Part shown: in pieces, positions 38,960 through 49,602 of the stretch
Position numbering within the stretch: the first letter of the stretch is position 1
Layout of the letters: every line of letters starts with the position of its first letter
From: Candidatus Freyarchaeum deiterrae
Lineage (GTDB): Archaea > Asgardarchaeota > Jordiarchaeia > Jordiarchaeales > Jordiarchaeaceae
Direction: 5' to 3'
DNA: 64,000 nt
Assembly: GCA_037305845.1 (NCBI GenBank)
Contig: CP147778.1
Span: 3,488,001-3,552,000 of the forward strand
Made by a program: the position numbers and the translations under genes
The notes under the pieces: model-generated
Told to the model about the DNA's origin: nothing
Database searches by the model: none
The model's input: the letters and a program-made list of their open reading frames with translations, nothing else

Positions 38960-39361
38960 ATGGCGGAACGTTCAACTGGAGTAATAGTTGGTGGCATAAT
39001 AGCACTGATTGGCGCTGTTTTAGGACTCTTTGGATGGTACGTACTTACTGGTATGGCATCTGCAGCTAGCATGAGCACATTATACTTCCTGGTTAGTCCA
39101 ATCGCGGGTCTCGTGGCGTGGTTCACTACGCCCGCTGTTGATGCTCTTCTCCCATTGCTTGTCTTGGGCGGATATATTTTGGCAATTATATTCTCAATCG
39201 TGCTAATTTCAGGGAGGAGAATGAGAGTTGCAGCAATTTTAATCATTATCGCGGGTATACTCTCAATTCACCCTATATTCTATGGCGTATGGTTGTGGGT
39301 AATCCCTGGTGTCCTTGAACTAGTTGGTCCTGTTATTCCTTTAGCGAAGGGTGCGTGGTAA
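38960..39361 (+). CDS. Small multi-pass membrane protein
   Basis: Four to five hydrophobic segments; SD-like AGGGGA. Confidence 0.75.
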   Translation: MAERSTGVIVGGIIALIGAVLGLFGWYVLTGMASAASMSTLYFLVSPIAGLVAWFTTPAVDALLPLLVLGGYILAIIFSIVLISGRRMRVAAILIIIAGILSIHPIFYGVWLWVIPGVLELVGPVIPLAKGAW

Positions 39362-39543
39362 AAAAAAGAGCAGCAATCTCTTTACCCGAAAACTTTTTTT
39401 ATTTTTATTTTTAAACTTCTTATCAGTTTCAGTTGGGTACGGCAGACCCGGAACGCGGCTAGTGTCCAGATGCATGGAATGGGTTCCTAGTGGGCAATCC
39501 TAGTATTTTTCTTTGCTTGGGCTAAGGGAGATTATGTCTTAGA

Positions 39544-39777
39544 TTATTTCTTTTCCATTAATTCCATGAATTCTTCCTTCGTTAAACCAGCTTGTTTGAT
39601 GATGGCCACCAACAAGCCCTTTTTTATTTCTCTGTGGTCTGGAATCACTATCCTCGTGTAGGGTGGCTTATTCAACTTCAGAACTATGTGGCTTCCTCTC
39701 TTATGGTGAACCTTGAAGCCGATTTTAGCTAGGATTTTTACGACTTTTCTACCCGATAAGACAGGAAGTTTACTCAT
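39544..39777 (-). CDS. hicA: HicA toxin
   Basis: MSKLPVLSG...GF...RGSHIVL...IPDH.EIKKGLL. Confidence 0.92.
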   Translation of the reverse strand: MSKLPVLSGRKVVKILAKIGFKVHHKRGSHIVLKLNKPPYTRIVIPDHREIKKGLLVAIIKQAGLTKEEFMELMEKK

Positions 39778-40000
39778 AGACTTTCACTAAGGTTACTTCA
39801 GGCTTTGTATCAACTGGCACTGGCAAGCCGTCCTTCTTAAGGCTCTCGATATAAGCTTCTATGGCTTCCTTGATGTTCGCCAAAGCTTCCTCTCTTGTAT
39901 CTCCCTGAGAGAAGCATCCTGGAAGCGTGGGGCAGAAAGCCACATAACCCTTTCCCTCTACGTCAGGCTCTAAAACGACGACGAACTCCGTTCTAATCAC
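39770..40000 (-). CDS. hicB: HicB antitoxin
   Basis: GYVAFCPTLPGCFSQGDTREEALANIKEAI. Confidence 0.92.
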   Translation of the reverse strand: MIRTEFVVVLEPDVEGKGYVAFCPTLPGCFSQGDTREEALANIKEAIEAYIESLKKDGLPVPVDTKPEVTLVKVYE

Positions 40001-40184
40001 CGGTAGTACTATTATTTGAAGTACCTTTTAAAGGGTTCTCTAGGGAAACTAATACGTGCTCAGAGAAGTTTAATGAAATCTTGCCCCAGATTTTTAGTGA
40101 TATTAATTTTGAGGAAAATGCGTTAAAGAAGAAGATTCGAGGCAAAAGCAAGAGAAAAACAGGGCTCTGAAACTTCTTCAGTAA

Positions 40185-40370
40185 GTGGATTCTTCCGCTG
40201 ATTTCCTTTCGTTCAACCAGCAGCTTTTTACCACTATCGTTTTTTCCTTGTTTGCCACGATGTTTGCGGTAATACCTATAATAATTGGAGGACTAGGTAT
40301 CTTCCAACTCGGCTCTCTCTTCATAATCGTTATCGTCTATGGGGTAGGAGCGATTATACACTTGAGGTGA
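40185..40370 (+). CDS. Small membrane protein or gene fragment
   Basis: Two hydrophobic helices; poor start context. Confidence 0.3.
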   Translation: MDSSADFLSFNQQLFTTIVFSLFATMFAVIPIIIGGLGIFQLGSLFIIVIVYGVGAIIHLR

Positions 40371-40724
40371 GAAGAAGAAATAGAAAGGCGGGAGTAAGAC
40401 CTTAAAACCATTTACAAAAGTATACCCCCAGAGTAGAGTAAGATTTCTTGAACACAAAAAACCAAAACAATATTCTCCTTCCCTATTACATTTTTTAGTA
40501 TTATTTTTTCTCTCTTTTGCTAAGAAGACGCTACGTCGAAGGGGAAGCGAACAATTTTCGTCGCTTTTTCCAAGAGCAGTGTAGCTAATCGCCAACGATT
40601 TAATTTAGTAAGGGGCCTGTTAATAGTATTATTATTTTATTGCAACTATTTTACACCAGGACGGCCATGGGGGACAAAGTTTTTTAGAGCCGCTTTTCTT
40701 TCGATTACCATAAGGTGGTTTTGT

Positions 40725-41231
40725 TTGAAATTTGGGGTTGAGTCTATTCCTCAGGGAGAGTATCGGAGGACGGTTCGTAGGCTCACCGAGCTTTTGAGCG
40801 CGAGGTTTGGGGAGAAACTGGTCTCTATTGTTATTTTCGGCTCCGTTGCTCGAGGTGAGGCGCGAAGGGAAAGTGATATAGATGTGCTTGTGGTGTGTGA
40901 GGATTTTGAGAAATCCATGCGCAGAACCGACAAACTGGTCGACATCATACTGCAACTATGGGAGGAAGAGAAGAAAGCTCCGGAGGAGCAGGTCTGGATT
41001 GAGTTTTATCCCCTCCGTCCGGAAGAAGCGGAGAAAAACCGCCCAATCTACCTAGACATGATTGAGGACGGAGTCATAATACTTGACAGAAACGGTTTTA
41101 TGGAAAACGTTTTGAAAAGATTGGAGAAAAGGCTCAAAGAACTCGGGTCGAAAAAGGTTTACCTCCCAGATGGTTCCTGGTACTGGATTCTTAAACCAAC
41201 AATAGAGATGGGAGAGATTCTGGAAATATGA
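40725..41231 (+). CDS. Nucleotidyltransferase (MNT) antitoxin
   Basis: IFGSVARGEARRESDIDVLVV; C-terminal WYWILKP. Confidence 0.9.
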   Translation: MKFGVESIPQGEYRRTVRRLTELLSARFGEKLVSIVIFGSVARGEARRESDIDVLVVCEDFEKSMRRTDKLVDIILQLWEEEKKAPEEQVWIEFYPLRPEEAEKNRPIYLDMIEDGVIILDRNGFMENVLKRLEKRLKELGSKKVYLPDGSWYWILKPTIEMGEILEI

Positions 41232-41689
41232 ACAACGAGGAAATATTCAGATCATATCTTAGAGACAGTGAGTACTCCTTGCAAGAAGCAAAAAATGCGC
41301 TAAAGGAAGGAGTGTTTCATAGGGCTGTTAGAAGATCTCAGGAATCGGTGGAGCTAGTAATAAAGGGAACCTTAAGATTACTCGGACTGGACTACCCTAG
41401 GAAACACGAGGTGGGCAGCTTGCTTGAAACAGCTGTCAAAAATATGAGTCTTCCACAGGAGATAGCAAGTGCCTTACCAGAAATAAAGAAAATAAGCGCT
41501 AAGCTGTCACTCAAACGTGGACCTGCATTTTATGGTGATGAAGAGGCACTTAAAACCCCTGAACAACTATATACTAAGAAGGATGCAGAAGAGGGCATCA
41601 AGGATGCGGAATATACTATAAAGATTTGTAAAGATATCCAAACATTGTGGAAAAAACAACTAAAACTAAAAACAGGGAAACAAGCGTAG
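41228..41689 (+). CDS. HEPN domain protein
   Basis: AVRRSQESVEL, YPRKHEV and RGPAFYGDE motifs; ATGA overlap with the MNT gene. Confidence 0.9.
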   Translation: MNNEEIFRSYLRDSEYSLQEAKNALKEGVFHRAVRRSQESVELVIKGTLRLLGLDYPRKHEVGSLLETAVKNMSLPQEIASALPEIKKISAKLSLKRGPAFYGDEEALKTPEQLYTKKDAEEGIKDAEYTIKICKDIQTLWKKQLKLKTGKQA

Positions 41690-41751
41690 CAGAACGCCTT
41701 AAAGGAGAAGGGATTATCCTGCAACAATCTTGAGTTATGAAGGTGATCTAA

Positions 41752-42480
41752 ATGCCGTTTGACCCGCTAGAGTTGGCTTTGAAAACGGAGGAAGTTGTTC
41801 TGCGTGGGGATAGCAGGAGGTATTATCGTTTTAGGGGTGGTCATTGGTATGGGGGGATTGCTACTGCGGATTGTTGTGGGTGTCCTCTGCGGTGTGTTTT
41901 CTGCTGGGGTGCTGAGGCCCGGGATGATCCTAAGAGGTATGGTGGTGAGTTTTATACTCCGGAGGAGGTTTTCCGGAATTTGACCCGGGTAGCGAAGAAG
42001 AGGGGGTACAGGTTGCTTAGGCTTAGTGGGAATGAGCCGACTTTGGGGAGGGAGCATCTTTTCAGGATTCTGGAGTTGGTTGACCGGACGGGTTACACTT
42101 TTGTTTTGGAGACTTCGGGGATACTGCTGGATGGGGATTACGTTAAGCGGTTGTCCGAGTTTGAGAATGTTCATGTTAGGGTTTCTCTGAAGGGGGCTTG
42201 TGAGGAGGAGTTCTCAAAGCTTACCGGTGCTAAACCTGAGGGTTTTCAATTGCAGTTGAGGGCTTTGAAGAATCTGGTGGATTACGGGGTTTCGTGTAAT
42301 GCGGCGGTGATGTCGTCTTTTAGTACGGCGGAAAACATGCGGGGGTTGGTAGGCTGGCTTTCCGTGTTAAGTGAGGACTTAGCTTCAAACCTTGAGAATG
42401 AGACGGTGATTCTTTATCCTAAGGTGAAGAAGCAGTTGGCACAAGCGGGAATAGAACCGTTCACTAGCTGTTCTCCATAA
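41752..42480 (+). CDS. Radical SAM protein
   Basis: CCGCPLRCVFC (CxxxCxxC), SGNEPT, LETSG and RVSLKG motifs. Confidence 0.92.
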   Translation: MPFDPLELALKTEEVVLRGDSRRYYRFRGGHWYGGIATADCCGCPLRCVFCWGAEARDDPKRYGGEFYTPEEVFRNLTRVAKKRGYRLLRLSGNEPTLGREHLFRILELVDRTGYTFVLETSGILLDGDYVKRLSEFENVHVRVSLKGACEEEFSKLTGAKPEGFQLQLRALKNLVDYGVSCNAAVMSSFSTAENMRGLVGWLSVLSEDLASNLENETVILYPKVKKQLAQAGIEPFTSCSP

Positions 42481-42758
42481 AGGGAGAGCGCATCGTAGTG
42501 TAGCGCAGCGTGTTTCTTAATTATAAAGAATTTATCATGGTTTACGCTTCTAATGGTTTTAAGGAGACTAACTTTTACTCTTTTTTGGCTCGTGTAGTAG
42601 AAATCTAGTATTTTTTGGGGTATGTTTTCTGAACTGAAAGGTTTATTAAATTGGTGGGCAAAAAGTTATAAGGAATATCACAACATCGGTTTTTGGTATC
42701 TAAAATAATTAAAAATATGGTGGAAGAATCGGTATTAAGATTCTTGGAGGAAATTTGA

Positions 42759-43934
42759 ATGAAGGAACCAGTAATTGTTAGTTATGTGAGAACTGCTATT
42801 TCTAGGTCACGTCCCAAAGAGCCGGAAAGGGATGTCTTTAACAGTGTGCGTTCCGACGAATTGGCCGTGATAGTAATTAAAGAGGCTATAAAGAGAGCCG
42901 GAATAGATGTGAAGAACATTGATGAGTGCATTTTCGGGTGCGCTAATCAAACTGGAGAACAATTCATGTACGGTGGCCGAAATCCAACTCTTGAAGCGCA
43001 GCTTCCGTTTGAGGTCTCTGCTTTGGCTTGTGACCGACAGTGTGCTTCTGCAATGTCTTCAATACACATTGCTGCCATGGAGATTATGACTGGCTTTTCA
43101 GATGTGGTCTTAGCGGGCGGAGTTGAACACATGACCCATATACCCATGGGAATGGGAGCTAATCCTAACATGAAACTTATACAGCAGGAGAAGAGATTCG
43201 ACTGGGGGACCGCCGTGAACATGGGGTTAACAGCCGAGAAGCTATCGAAAGAAGCAGGGATTACCAGACAGGTGCAGGACGAGTGGTCTGCGCGCAGTCA
43301 CCAGCGCGCTGCACAAGCGCAGACTGATGGATTCTTCAAGGATGAGATTATACCAGTTGAGGTGACTATGGCTGACGGGAAGAAACAGGTAATCGACAGC
43401 GACCAGAGCGTAAGAGCTGATACAACCGTAGAGAAACTCGCTACTCTGCCACCAGCCTTTACAAAGGACGGCATTATCACCGCCGGCAACTCTTCACCAT
43501 TGAACGCAGCTGCCGCTTGTATGCTGTTGATGAGCAAAGAGGCAGCGAAGAAATACGGCTTGGAACCTATGGCAACCATTAAATCTTTAGGGTGGGCGGG
43601 AGTCGACCCGAGTGTCATGGGTAAGGGACCAGTACCCTCAAGTAAGAAAGCGTTGAAAGCCGCAAAACTCACCCCGAAGGACATTGACTTCTGGGAAATA
43701 AACGAAGCCTTCGCGGTAGTGGCACTCTACGCCATACAGCAACTAAAAATCGACCCCGAGAAAGTAAACATTCACGGCGGAGGCGTCGCACTCGGACACC
43801 CACTAGGCATGTCTGGAACCAGAGTAACAGGCACCCTAGCTCGAATTCTACAAGAGCAAGGCGGCAAATACGGATTAGCAACTCTATGCGTTGGTGGAGG
43901 CCAAGGAGCCGCCACAATACTCGAAAAAGATTAA
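42759..43934 (+). CDS. Acetyl-CoA C-acetyl/acyltransferase (thiolase)
   Basis: RQCASA, NEAF, GHPLG and LCVGGGQG catalytic motifs are intact. Confidence 0.95.
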   Translation: MKEPVIVSYVRTAISRSRPKEPERDVFNSVRSDELAVIVIKEAIKRAGIDVKNIDECIFGCANQTGEQFMYGGRNPTLEAQLPFEVSALACDRQCASAMSSIHIAAMEIMTGFSDVVLAGGVEHMTHIPMGMGANPNMKLIQQEKRFDWGTAVNMGLTAEKLSKEAGITRQVQDEWSARSHQRAAQAQTDGFFKDEIIPVEVTMADGKKQVIDSDQSVRADTTVEKLATLPPAFTKDGIITAGNSSPLNAAAACMLLMSKEAAKKYGLEPMATIKSLGWAGVDPSVMGKGPVPSSKKALKAAKLTPKDIDFWEINEAFAVVALYAIQQLKIDPEKVNIHGGGVALGHPLGMSGTRVTGTLARILQEQGGKYGLATLCVGGGQGAATILEKD

Positions 43935-44124
43935 ACAAGGGACAACCAACCAAATCGAGTCCCCTGCCATATCTTTTCATTTTTTTAATTTTTTTCAAAA
44001 CGATTTTTGCCAGTAAAGATTATTTGTGTGTGTTAAAAAAGAATATAAGAAGAGCAGTCTCCAGAATTCTATAGTTGACCCAATTTTTGTTTTTTTCGGG
44101 ATGGAGTAATGGAGGTAGATTTTC

Positions 44125-45291
44125 TTGCGAGAAGCGGTTATCGTGGATTATTTGAGAACCCCTATCTCTAAGGCTGACCCTCAAAAGGATTTTTACAAGA
44201 ACATGCGTGCGGACGACCTCTGCGCTCTGGTTATCAGGAATCTGGTTGAAAGAACTGGTGTGAGGGCGGAGGAGATAGAGGAGTGCATTATTGGGTGCTC
44301 CAATCAGGGAGGCGAACAGTGGACCTATGGGGGTAGAATAGTCAGTCTAATGGCGGGTTTACCCTTCTCCGTGGCTGCTTTGGGGGTTGAGCGTCAGGGT
44401 GCCTCGTCACTTGAGTCGGTGTCTATAGCTGCGATGCAAATAGTGCAGGGCTACGCGGACATAACTGTTGCAGCGGGAATGGAGCACATGCTTCATATAC
44501 CCGTAGGTTCCGGTGTGGACCCCAGTCTTCAATTTGTGAACATGAAGTCCTTTGACGCGATACTAGCTTTGAGTATGGGTTTATCCGCGGAAAAACTCGC
44601 TCATGATTTTGGGATATCTAGAAAGGAAATGGACAAGTTTTCGCTTCAAAGCCACATGAGAGCCGTTAAAGCTAGGAAAGAAGGATTCTTCAAGGAGGAA
44701 ATACTACCCGTGGAAACCATTCTGGACGACGGAACAAAACTGGTTGTGGACTATGACCAGAACGTTAGGGAGGATACCACCCTTGAAAAAATCGGGGCTC
44801 TGCCTCCAGCATTTAAAGAGGACGGATTAATAACCGCGGGGAACTCCACGTCCCTGAACGATGGTGCGGCAGCAGCTATTCTAATGTCGAAAGAAAAAGC
44901 CGAAGAGTACAATCTCAAACCGCTGGCAACAGTGAGGTCCATGGGGTGGGCTGGTGTAGACCCCACTATATTTGGATATGGAGACATACCTGCGTGTAGG
45001 AAGGTTTTGGAGAGGGCGAAACTAAATGTGGGGGAAATTGATTTCTGGGAGATAAACGAAATATTCGCCGTAATCGTTCTGGCCGCCATCAAGGAACTGG
45101 GGCTAGATCAGAAAAGAGTCAACGTGAAGGGCGGAGCCATAGCTCTAGGGCACCCTACCGGAATGAGCGGCGTAAGAATTGTAGGAACCCTAGCAAGAAT
45201 TCTAGGTAAAGAGAATGGAAGATATGGAATAGCGTCATCCGCAGCTGGCGGAGGACAAGGGCAAGCAATACTGCTCGAAAAGGAGGCTTAA
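44125..45291 (+). CDS. Thiolase-family paralogue lacking both catalytic cysteines
   Basis: Full-length thiolase alignment, but the motifs read RQGASS, NEIF, GHPTG and SAAGGGQG. Confidence 0.9.
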   Translation: MREAVIVDYLRTPISKADPQKDFYKNMRADDLCALVIRNLVERTGVRAEEIEECIIGCSNQGGEQWTYGGRIVSLMAGLPFSVAALGVERQGASSLESVSIAAMQIVQGYADITVAAGMEHMLHIPVGSGVDPSLQFVNMKSFDAILALSMGLSAEKLAHDFGISRKEMDKFSLQSHMRAVKARKEGFFKEEILPVETILDDGTKLVVDYDQNVREDTTLEKIGALPPAFKEDGLITAGNSTSLNDGAAAAILMSKEKAEEYNLKPLATVRSMGWAGVDPTIFGYGDIPACRKVLERAKLNVGEIDFWEINEIFAVIVLAAIKELGLDQKRVNVKGGAIALGHPTGMSGVRIVGTLARILGKENGRYGIASSAAGGGQGQAILLEKEA

Positions 45292-45510
45292 TCATTTTCT
45301 TGACATTCTAATCAGATAAAAATCCTCATTTTCGTCCACAATTTCTAATTTCAAATTTATCTCCGGGCACAGCTTATACAGGAAATCGACATTAAAAGTA
45401 ATCCATTTGAATTTAGAGCTTCTGTTGTTTTTCCATTCAAAATATCTTTCATCAATAATATACTCATTGCCAAAATATTTTCTCACAGTAGGAGTATAAT
45501 GCTTCACCAA
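45292..45510 (-). pseudogene. Possible 3' fragment of a gene (methyltransferase-like C-terminus, uncertain)
   Basis: Protein-like AT-rich ORF with an upstream in-frame stop and no clear start. Confidence 0.25.
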
Positions 45511-45570
45511 AAAACTCCATAGAATTTTTCACAATCCCTCATCCCAGTCCTATAAACGCTGGTTAAGCTC

Positions 45571-46245
45571 TCAGATCTTTATATCTGGTTTATTAGTAAC
45601 TACCCCATCCACACCCAGCATGATAAGGTTTTCAATCGTCGGAGGCTCATCCACAGTCCACGCATAGATTTTCAAGCCATGCTCATGGACTTCTTCAACC
45701 ATCTCCCAAGTAATGTATCCATGAAAAGCACAGAGATTCTCAGCTCCCGCGTCAAGTGCTAGCCTACTGGGATTAATAGGAGCCCCTCGAAAGATTACAC
45801 CAGTCTTAACTTCTGGATTTAGCTCCTTAACTCTTTTCACGCTTCTGTGGATAAAGGAGGTGACCAAAACGTTATCCAGCATATCATATTTCTCCACTAT
45901 TTCTAAAACCCGCTCCTCTATCCCAGCGATTTTCAACTCTATGACTAGTAACGCTTTGCCTTTAACCAGCTCAAGAACTTCTTCGAGAAGAGGTATCTTT
46001 TCCCCTTTACCCGCGTCCAGGCTCCTTATTTCTAGCAATGACATATCTCTCAATTTCCCAGTCCCATTAGTGGTTCGGTCCACGGTATCGTCATGAAAAA
46101 CCACAATGTTTCCCTCTATACTAGACCGAACATCGATCTCCACTCCATCCACACCGAAATCCAGTGCCCTCTTAATGGCTTTCAGAGTGTTTTCAGGCTC
46201 GTAGAAACTCGCACCTCTATGAGCAATAAGCAAAGCTTTTTTCAT
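45571..46245 (-). CDS. Glycerophosphodiester phosphodiesterase
   Basis: IAHRGAS..PENT, EIDV, HD.TVDRTT, IELK, WTVD and GVDGVVTNKP motifs. Confidence 0.95.
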   Translation of the reverse strand: MKKALLIAHRGASFYEPENTLKAIKRALDFGVDGVEIDVRSSIEGNIVVFHDDTVDRTTNGTGKLRDMSLLEIRSLDAGKGEKIPLLEEVLELVKGKALLVIELKIAGIEERVLEIVEKYDMLDNVLVTSFIHRSVKRVKELNPEVKTGVIFRGAPINPSRLALDAGAENLCAFHGYITWEMVEEVHEHGLKIYAWTVDEPPTIENLIMLGVDGVVTNKPDIKI

Positions 46246-46399
46246 AGTAAACCAGAAAACTCAAGGAGGTTATATACATAGCCCCAAAATTTCAGCATTT
46301 TCTAAACATATTTTCTAAGATTGGAGTTAAGTTTGGGAAGTCTTCAACCAGGCTGTTCCTTCTTCAATGCAGCCAGTTAAACTATGAGAACACGTGTCC

Positions 46400-46769
46400 C
46401 CCCTCCCCCGACAATAACAAAATTTATTAGAAGGTTCAAAGGTACATATAAAAAAATAATTAAAATGTATAAAAATATAATAGTGTTGTATAAATAAAAT
46501 TTGTATGTAAACTATTTAAAGGAAAAGCCATTCCAAAAAAAGGGCGTTGAATAGCTAACTAAAAACCGTTAACGATACGGGTAATACGGGAGAAGAGAAG
46601 AGAGGAGGAATAAACTGAAACAGACAATTCGCCTTTTCTGCAGTTCCAGACTAGAAGTAAAAGAGAGGGAAACAAGGACTCCAAAACATACTAACTAAAA
46701 TTGGAGCCTTGCCCTACGTAGAAACTTTACTGTTTCTACAACCTAAAAAAAACTAACCATAAAAACTGA
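46400..46769 (+). repeat. Conserved upstream element, copy 4 (most diverged)
   Basis: Retains ACAAAATTTATTAGAA, GGGCGTTGAA, CTGAAACAGAC, GGGAAACAAGGACTCC..GGAGCCTTGCCC and GTAGAAAC..GTTTCTAC; leader portion about 46541-46769. Confidence 0.85.
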
Positions 46770-48881
46770 GTGAAAAACATGAGAAACATCAGAGCAAATA
46801 AAAAGGCACTAAAGATAGCAGCAGTTCTACTCACGGCAGCAACAATCCTCACAGCGGTTGCCAATACCCAAAGCCAGAGCCAAAGCCAAAACGTGTATCC
46901 GTTCATCAGCTTATACCTGCAGGGCGTCAACCCGCCAAGTCCCAACAACGCCATCGTTCTACCAAAGGCTGACATAGGTACTAGCGTCACATTTGACCAC
47001 GATTACACTGAAACGATAAATGTGACCGCGGACAACATAGTGATAGACGGAGCCGGACACTCTGTAACAGGCCCCGGATCATCCGGGATCGGCTTCAACT
47101 TGACCGGCAGAAATAACGTGACCATAAAGAACGTCAATGTCAATGGGTGGCAGTACGGCTTCTACCTGTACCAAAGCTCGAACAACAACATCATAAATAA
47201 CACAGCAAACAACAACACAAACAGCTACGGCTTCGCCCTACTCTCCGGTTCGAACAACACTCTTACAAATAACACCGCCACAAACAACACCTACGGCTTC
47301 GAAATATCCTCCGGCTCTAACAACAACAATCTTACAAATAACACCGCCACAAACAACAACTTCGGCTTCCACCTATACTTCAGCTCTAACAACAATAATC
47401 TTACGGGTAACACCGCAAACAACAACTCTCAATTCGGCTTCTTCCTAGACACCAGCCCCACCAACAATAATCTTATAAATAACACAGCAAAAAACAACGG
47501 TGCTGGCTTCGGCCTATCCTCCGGCTCTAACAACAATAATCTTACGGGTAACACCGTAAACAACAACTACTACGGCTTCTACCTATACTCCAGCTCTAAC
47601 AACAACATCATAAATAACACAGCAAACAACAACACAAACGGCTACGGCTTCTACATACGCTACAACTCGAACAACAACACTCTTACGGGTAACACCGCAA
47701 ACAACAACACAAACGGCTTCTACCTAAACTCCAGCTCCAACTACAACAATATCATAAATAACACCGCAACATACAACACCAACAACGGCTTCTACCTAAA
47801 CTCCAGCTCGAACAACAATAATCTTACTGGTAACATTGCAAACAGCAACACCAACGACGCCGGCTTCTACCTATTCTCCAGCTCAAACAATACTCTTTCT
47901 GGTAACAACGCAACCAGCAACACCATCTACGGCTTCTACCTAGACTCCAGCTCCAACAACAACATTCTTACAAATAACAACGCAAACAACAACGCCCACT
48001 TCGGCTTCATCCTAGACTCCAGCCCCACCAACAATACTCTTACGGGTAACACCGCAACCAACAACTCAAACGGCGGATTCTACCTACACTACAGCTCGAA
48101 CAACACTCTTACAAATAACAACGCAACCAACAACGGCTACGGCTTCTTTCTACAATACATCTCAAACAACAATACTCTTTTGGGTAACACCGCAAACAAC
48201 AACACAAACGGCTTCTACCTATGGTTCAGCTCGGACAACAACACTCTTACGGGTAACACCGCAACCAACAACTACTATGGCTTTTATTTGAGGGATGCGT
48301 CTACGGGTAATAACCTCCTAGGTAATACTGCTTTAAACTGTACTGCTACAGGGTATAACTGGACTGCTGACTGTATCAATAATAATTTTACGGGTAGCGT
48401 GGAGAAGTACTATTTGCGTATAAGCGTCGTCGATCTTCTGGGCTCTCCTATTCCGGGTGCAGATGTTTTGGTTGTGACCGATGGAAGAATTGTGTATTGG
48501 ACCTCACACTTTATTGTTACACTCCCCATAAGCCCCCCAACCGACTCTAATGGTGTCACCCCCTGGATTGCGGTCCTCTACCGAACGTTCACAACAAACC
48601 AGTCCATGACTATGAACACCACCAATGTTACCGTGTACTATCAGGGAATCTCCGTCTCGGGAAGCAACCCTAGGACGGCTAACATGTCCACATCACACGT
48701 GGAAACGTTCCAGGTGGCGACGATGACTGCAACGTCTCTAGCGTTTTCCTCATTGATGCTGTCTAATTTGCAGGGAGGAGGAGGCACCAGTCCGCTGGTT
48801 TACGCTGCTATCATAGGTGTCTTGGGCGTGGTTGTAGTAGCAGGTGGTTTGATCTACTACTTCCGCAGAGTGAAAACTTGA
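46770..48881 (+). CDS. Cell-surface parallel beta-helix (NosD/CASH-like) protein, short form
   Basis: Same signal peptide, coils and GGGTSPLVYAAIIG anchor as the 14.8-26.5 kb paralogues. Confidence 0.92.
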   Translation: MKNMRNIRANKKALKIAAVLLTAATILTAVANTQSQSQSQNVYPFISLYLQGVNPPSPNNAIVLPKADIGTSVTFDHDYTETINVTADNIVIDGAGHSVTGPGSSGIGFNLTGRNNVTIKNVNVNGWQYGFYLYQSSNNNIINNTANNNTNSYGFALLSGSNNTLTNNTATNNTYGFEISSGSNNNNLTNNTATNNNFGFHLYFSSNNNNLTGNTANNNSQFGFFLDTSPTNNNLINNTAKNNGAGFGLSSGSNNNNLTGNTVNNNYYGFYLYSSSNNNIINNTANNNTNGYGFYIRYNSNNNTLTGNTANNNTNGFYLNSSSNYNNIINNTATYNTNNGFYLNSSSNNNNLTGNIANSNTNDAGFYLFSSSNNTLSGNNATSNTIYGFYLDSSSNNNILTNNNANNNAHFGFILDSSPTNNTLTGNTATNNSNGGFYLHYSSNNTLTNNNATNNGYGFFLQYISNNNTLLGNTANNNTNGFYLWFSSDNNTLTGNTATNNYYGFYLRDASTGNNLLGNTALNCTATGYNWTADCINNNFTGSVEKYYLRISVVDLLGSPIPGADVLVVTDGRIVYWTSHFIVTLPISPPTDSNGVTPWIAVLYRTFTTNQSMTMNTTNVTVYYQGISVSGSNPRTANMSTSHVETFQVATMTATSLAFSSLMLSNLQGGGGTSPLVYAAIIGVLGVVVVAGGLIYYFRRVKT

Positions 48882-48886
48882 AATGC

Positions 48887-48945
48887 GAGTCAGAGGACTC
48901 TTGACCGATTATTCGGCAGTCTTGCCCTCGGCTCCTCCTTTTTTT
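48887..48945 (+). terminator. Conserved 3' hairpin plus U-tract, copy 4
   Basis: GACT...AGTC stem, CCGATTAT loop, CGGCTCCTCC followed by a T7 run. Confidence 0.65.
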
Positions 48946-49602
48946 ATTTAAGTATTATTGGTGTCGAAAGCGGTATTAGAAAAATTATACGGTCTGTGTG
49001 AGTTACGATTCTGTTTTGGCTTTCTGATTTTCTTTTTGGTATACCAGTAGATAGATTCACGAAAAAAGGAGGCATGCTTGTTTAATAATTTTTTATCTAT
49101 GCGCATTTAAAAACTAATAAACTAATTATATTGATTTAAAATTGGAAAGATATTTTCTACAAAAAGAAAAATGTTAGATAGGTAGACTATGATTACTAAA
49201 AATTTTATTTTAAAAAAAGGGGGGTAGCAGATTTTTTATTCGACTGCATTTGAGAGGACTACTGCTTTAACCCCCTTTTTAGGAGGACGATTAAAACTTT
49301 TAAAAGGTTCCTGATACCTCTCTCTCAGTTTTTTTAGATTTTCTCTATTTGAAGAGGTTTTGTCTTTCGAATGGGAGCAAATAATTAAAAAAAATTATGC
49401 GCTCTCCATGTGTTTTGTATTTGCCTTTATTAATTATTTAAATTTTGGTGTTAAGTAATGATGACCATTAATGATGACGAGTGATGATGATTACGCGGCA
49501 TCAAGTAGTCTATAGGTTAATGATATGAGAGAGATTGAGAGGGTGACATTATTGCTCGATGTAGATTTGAAAAATTAGAACCAGCAGGTGGAGTCGACTT
49601 CT

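Noticed and set aside
49219-49280. GGGGGGTAGCAG...CTGCT..CCCCCC imperfect hairpin as an ncRNA
   Set aside because: Single copy with weak pairing; more simply a bidirectional terminator-like element between convergent genes.
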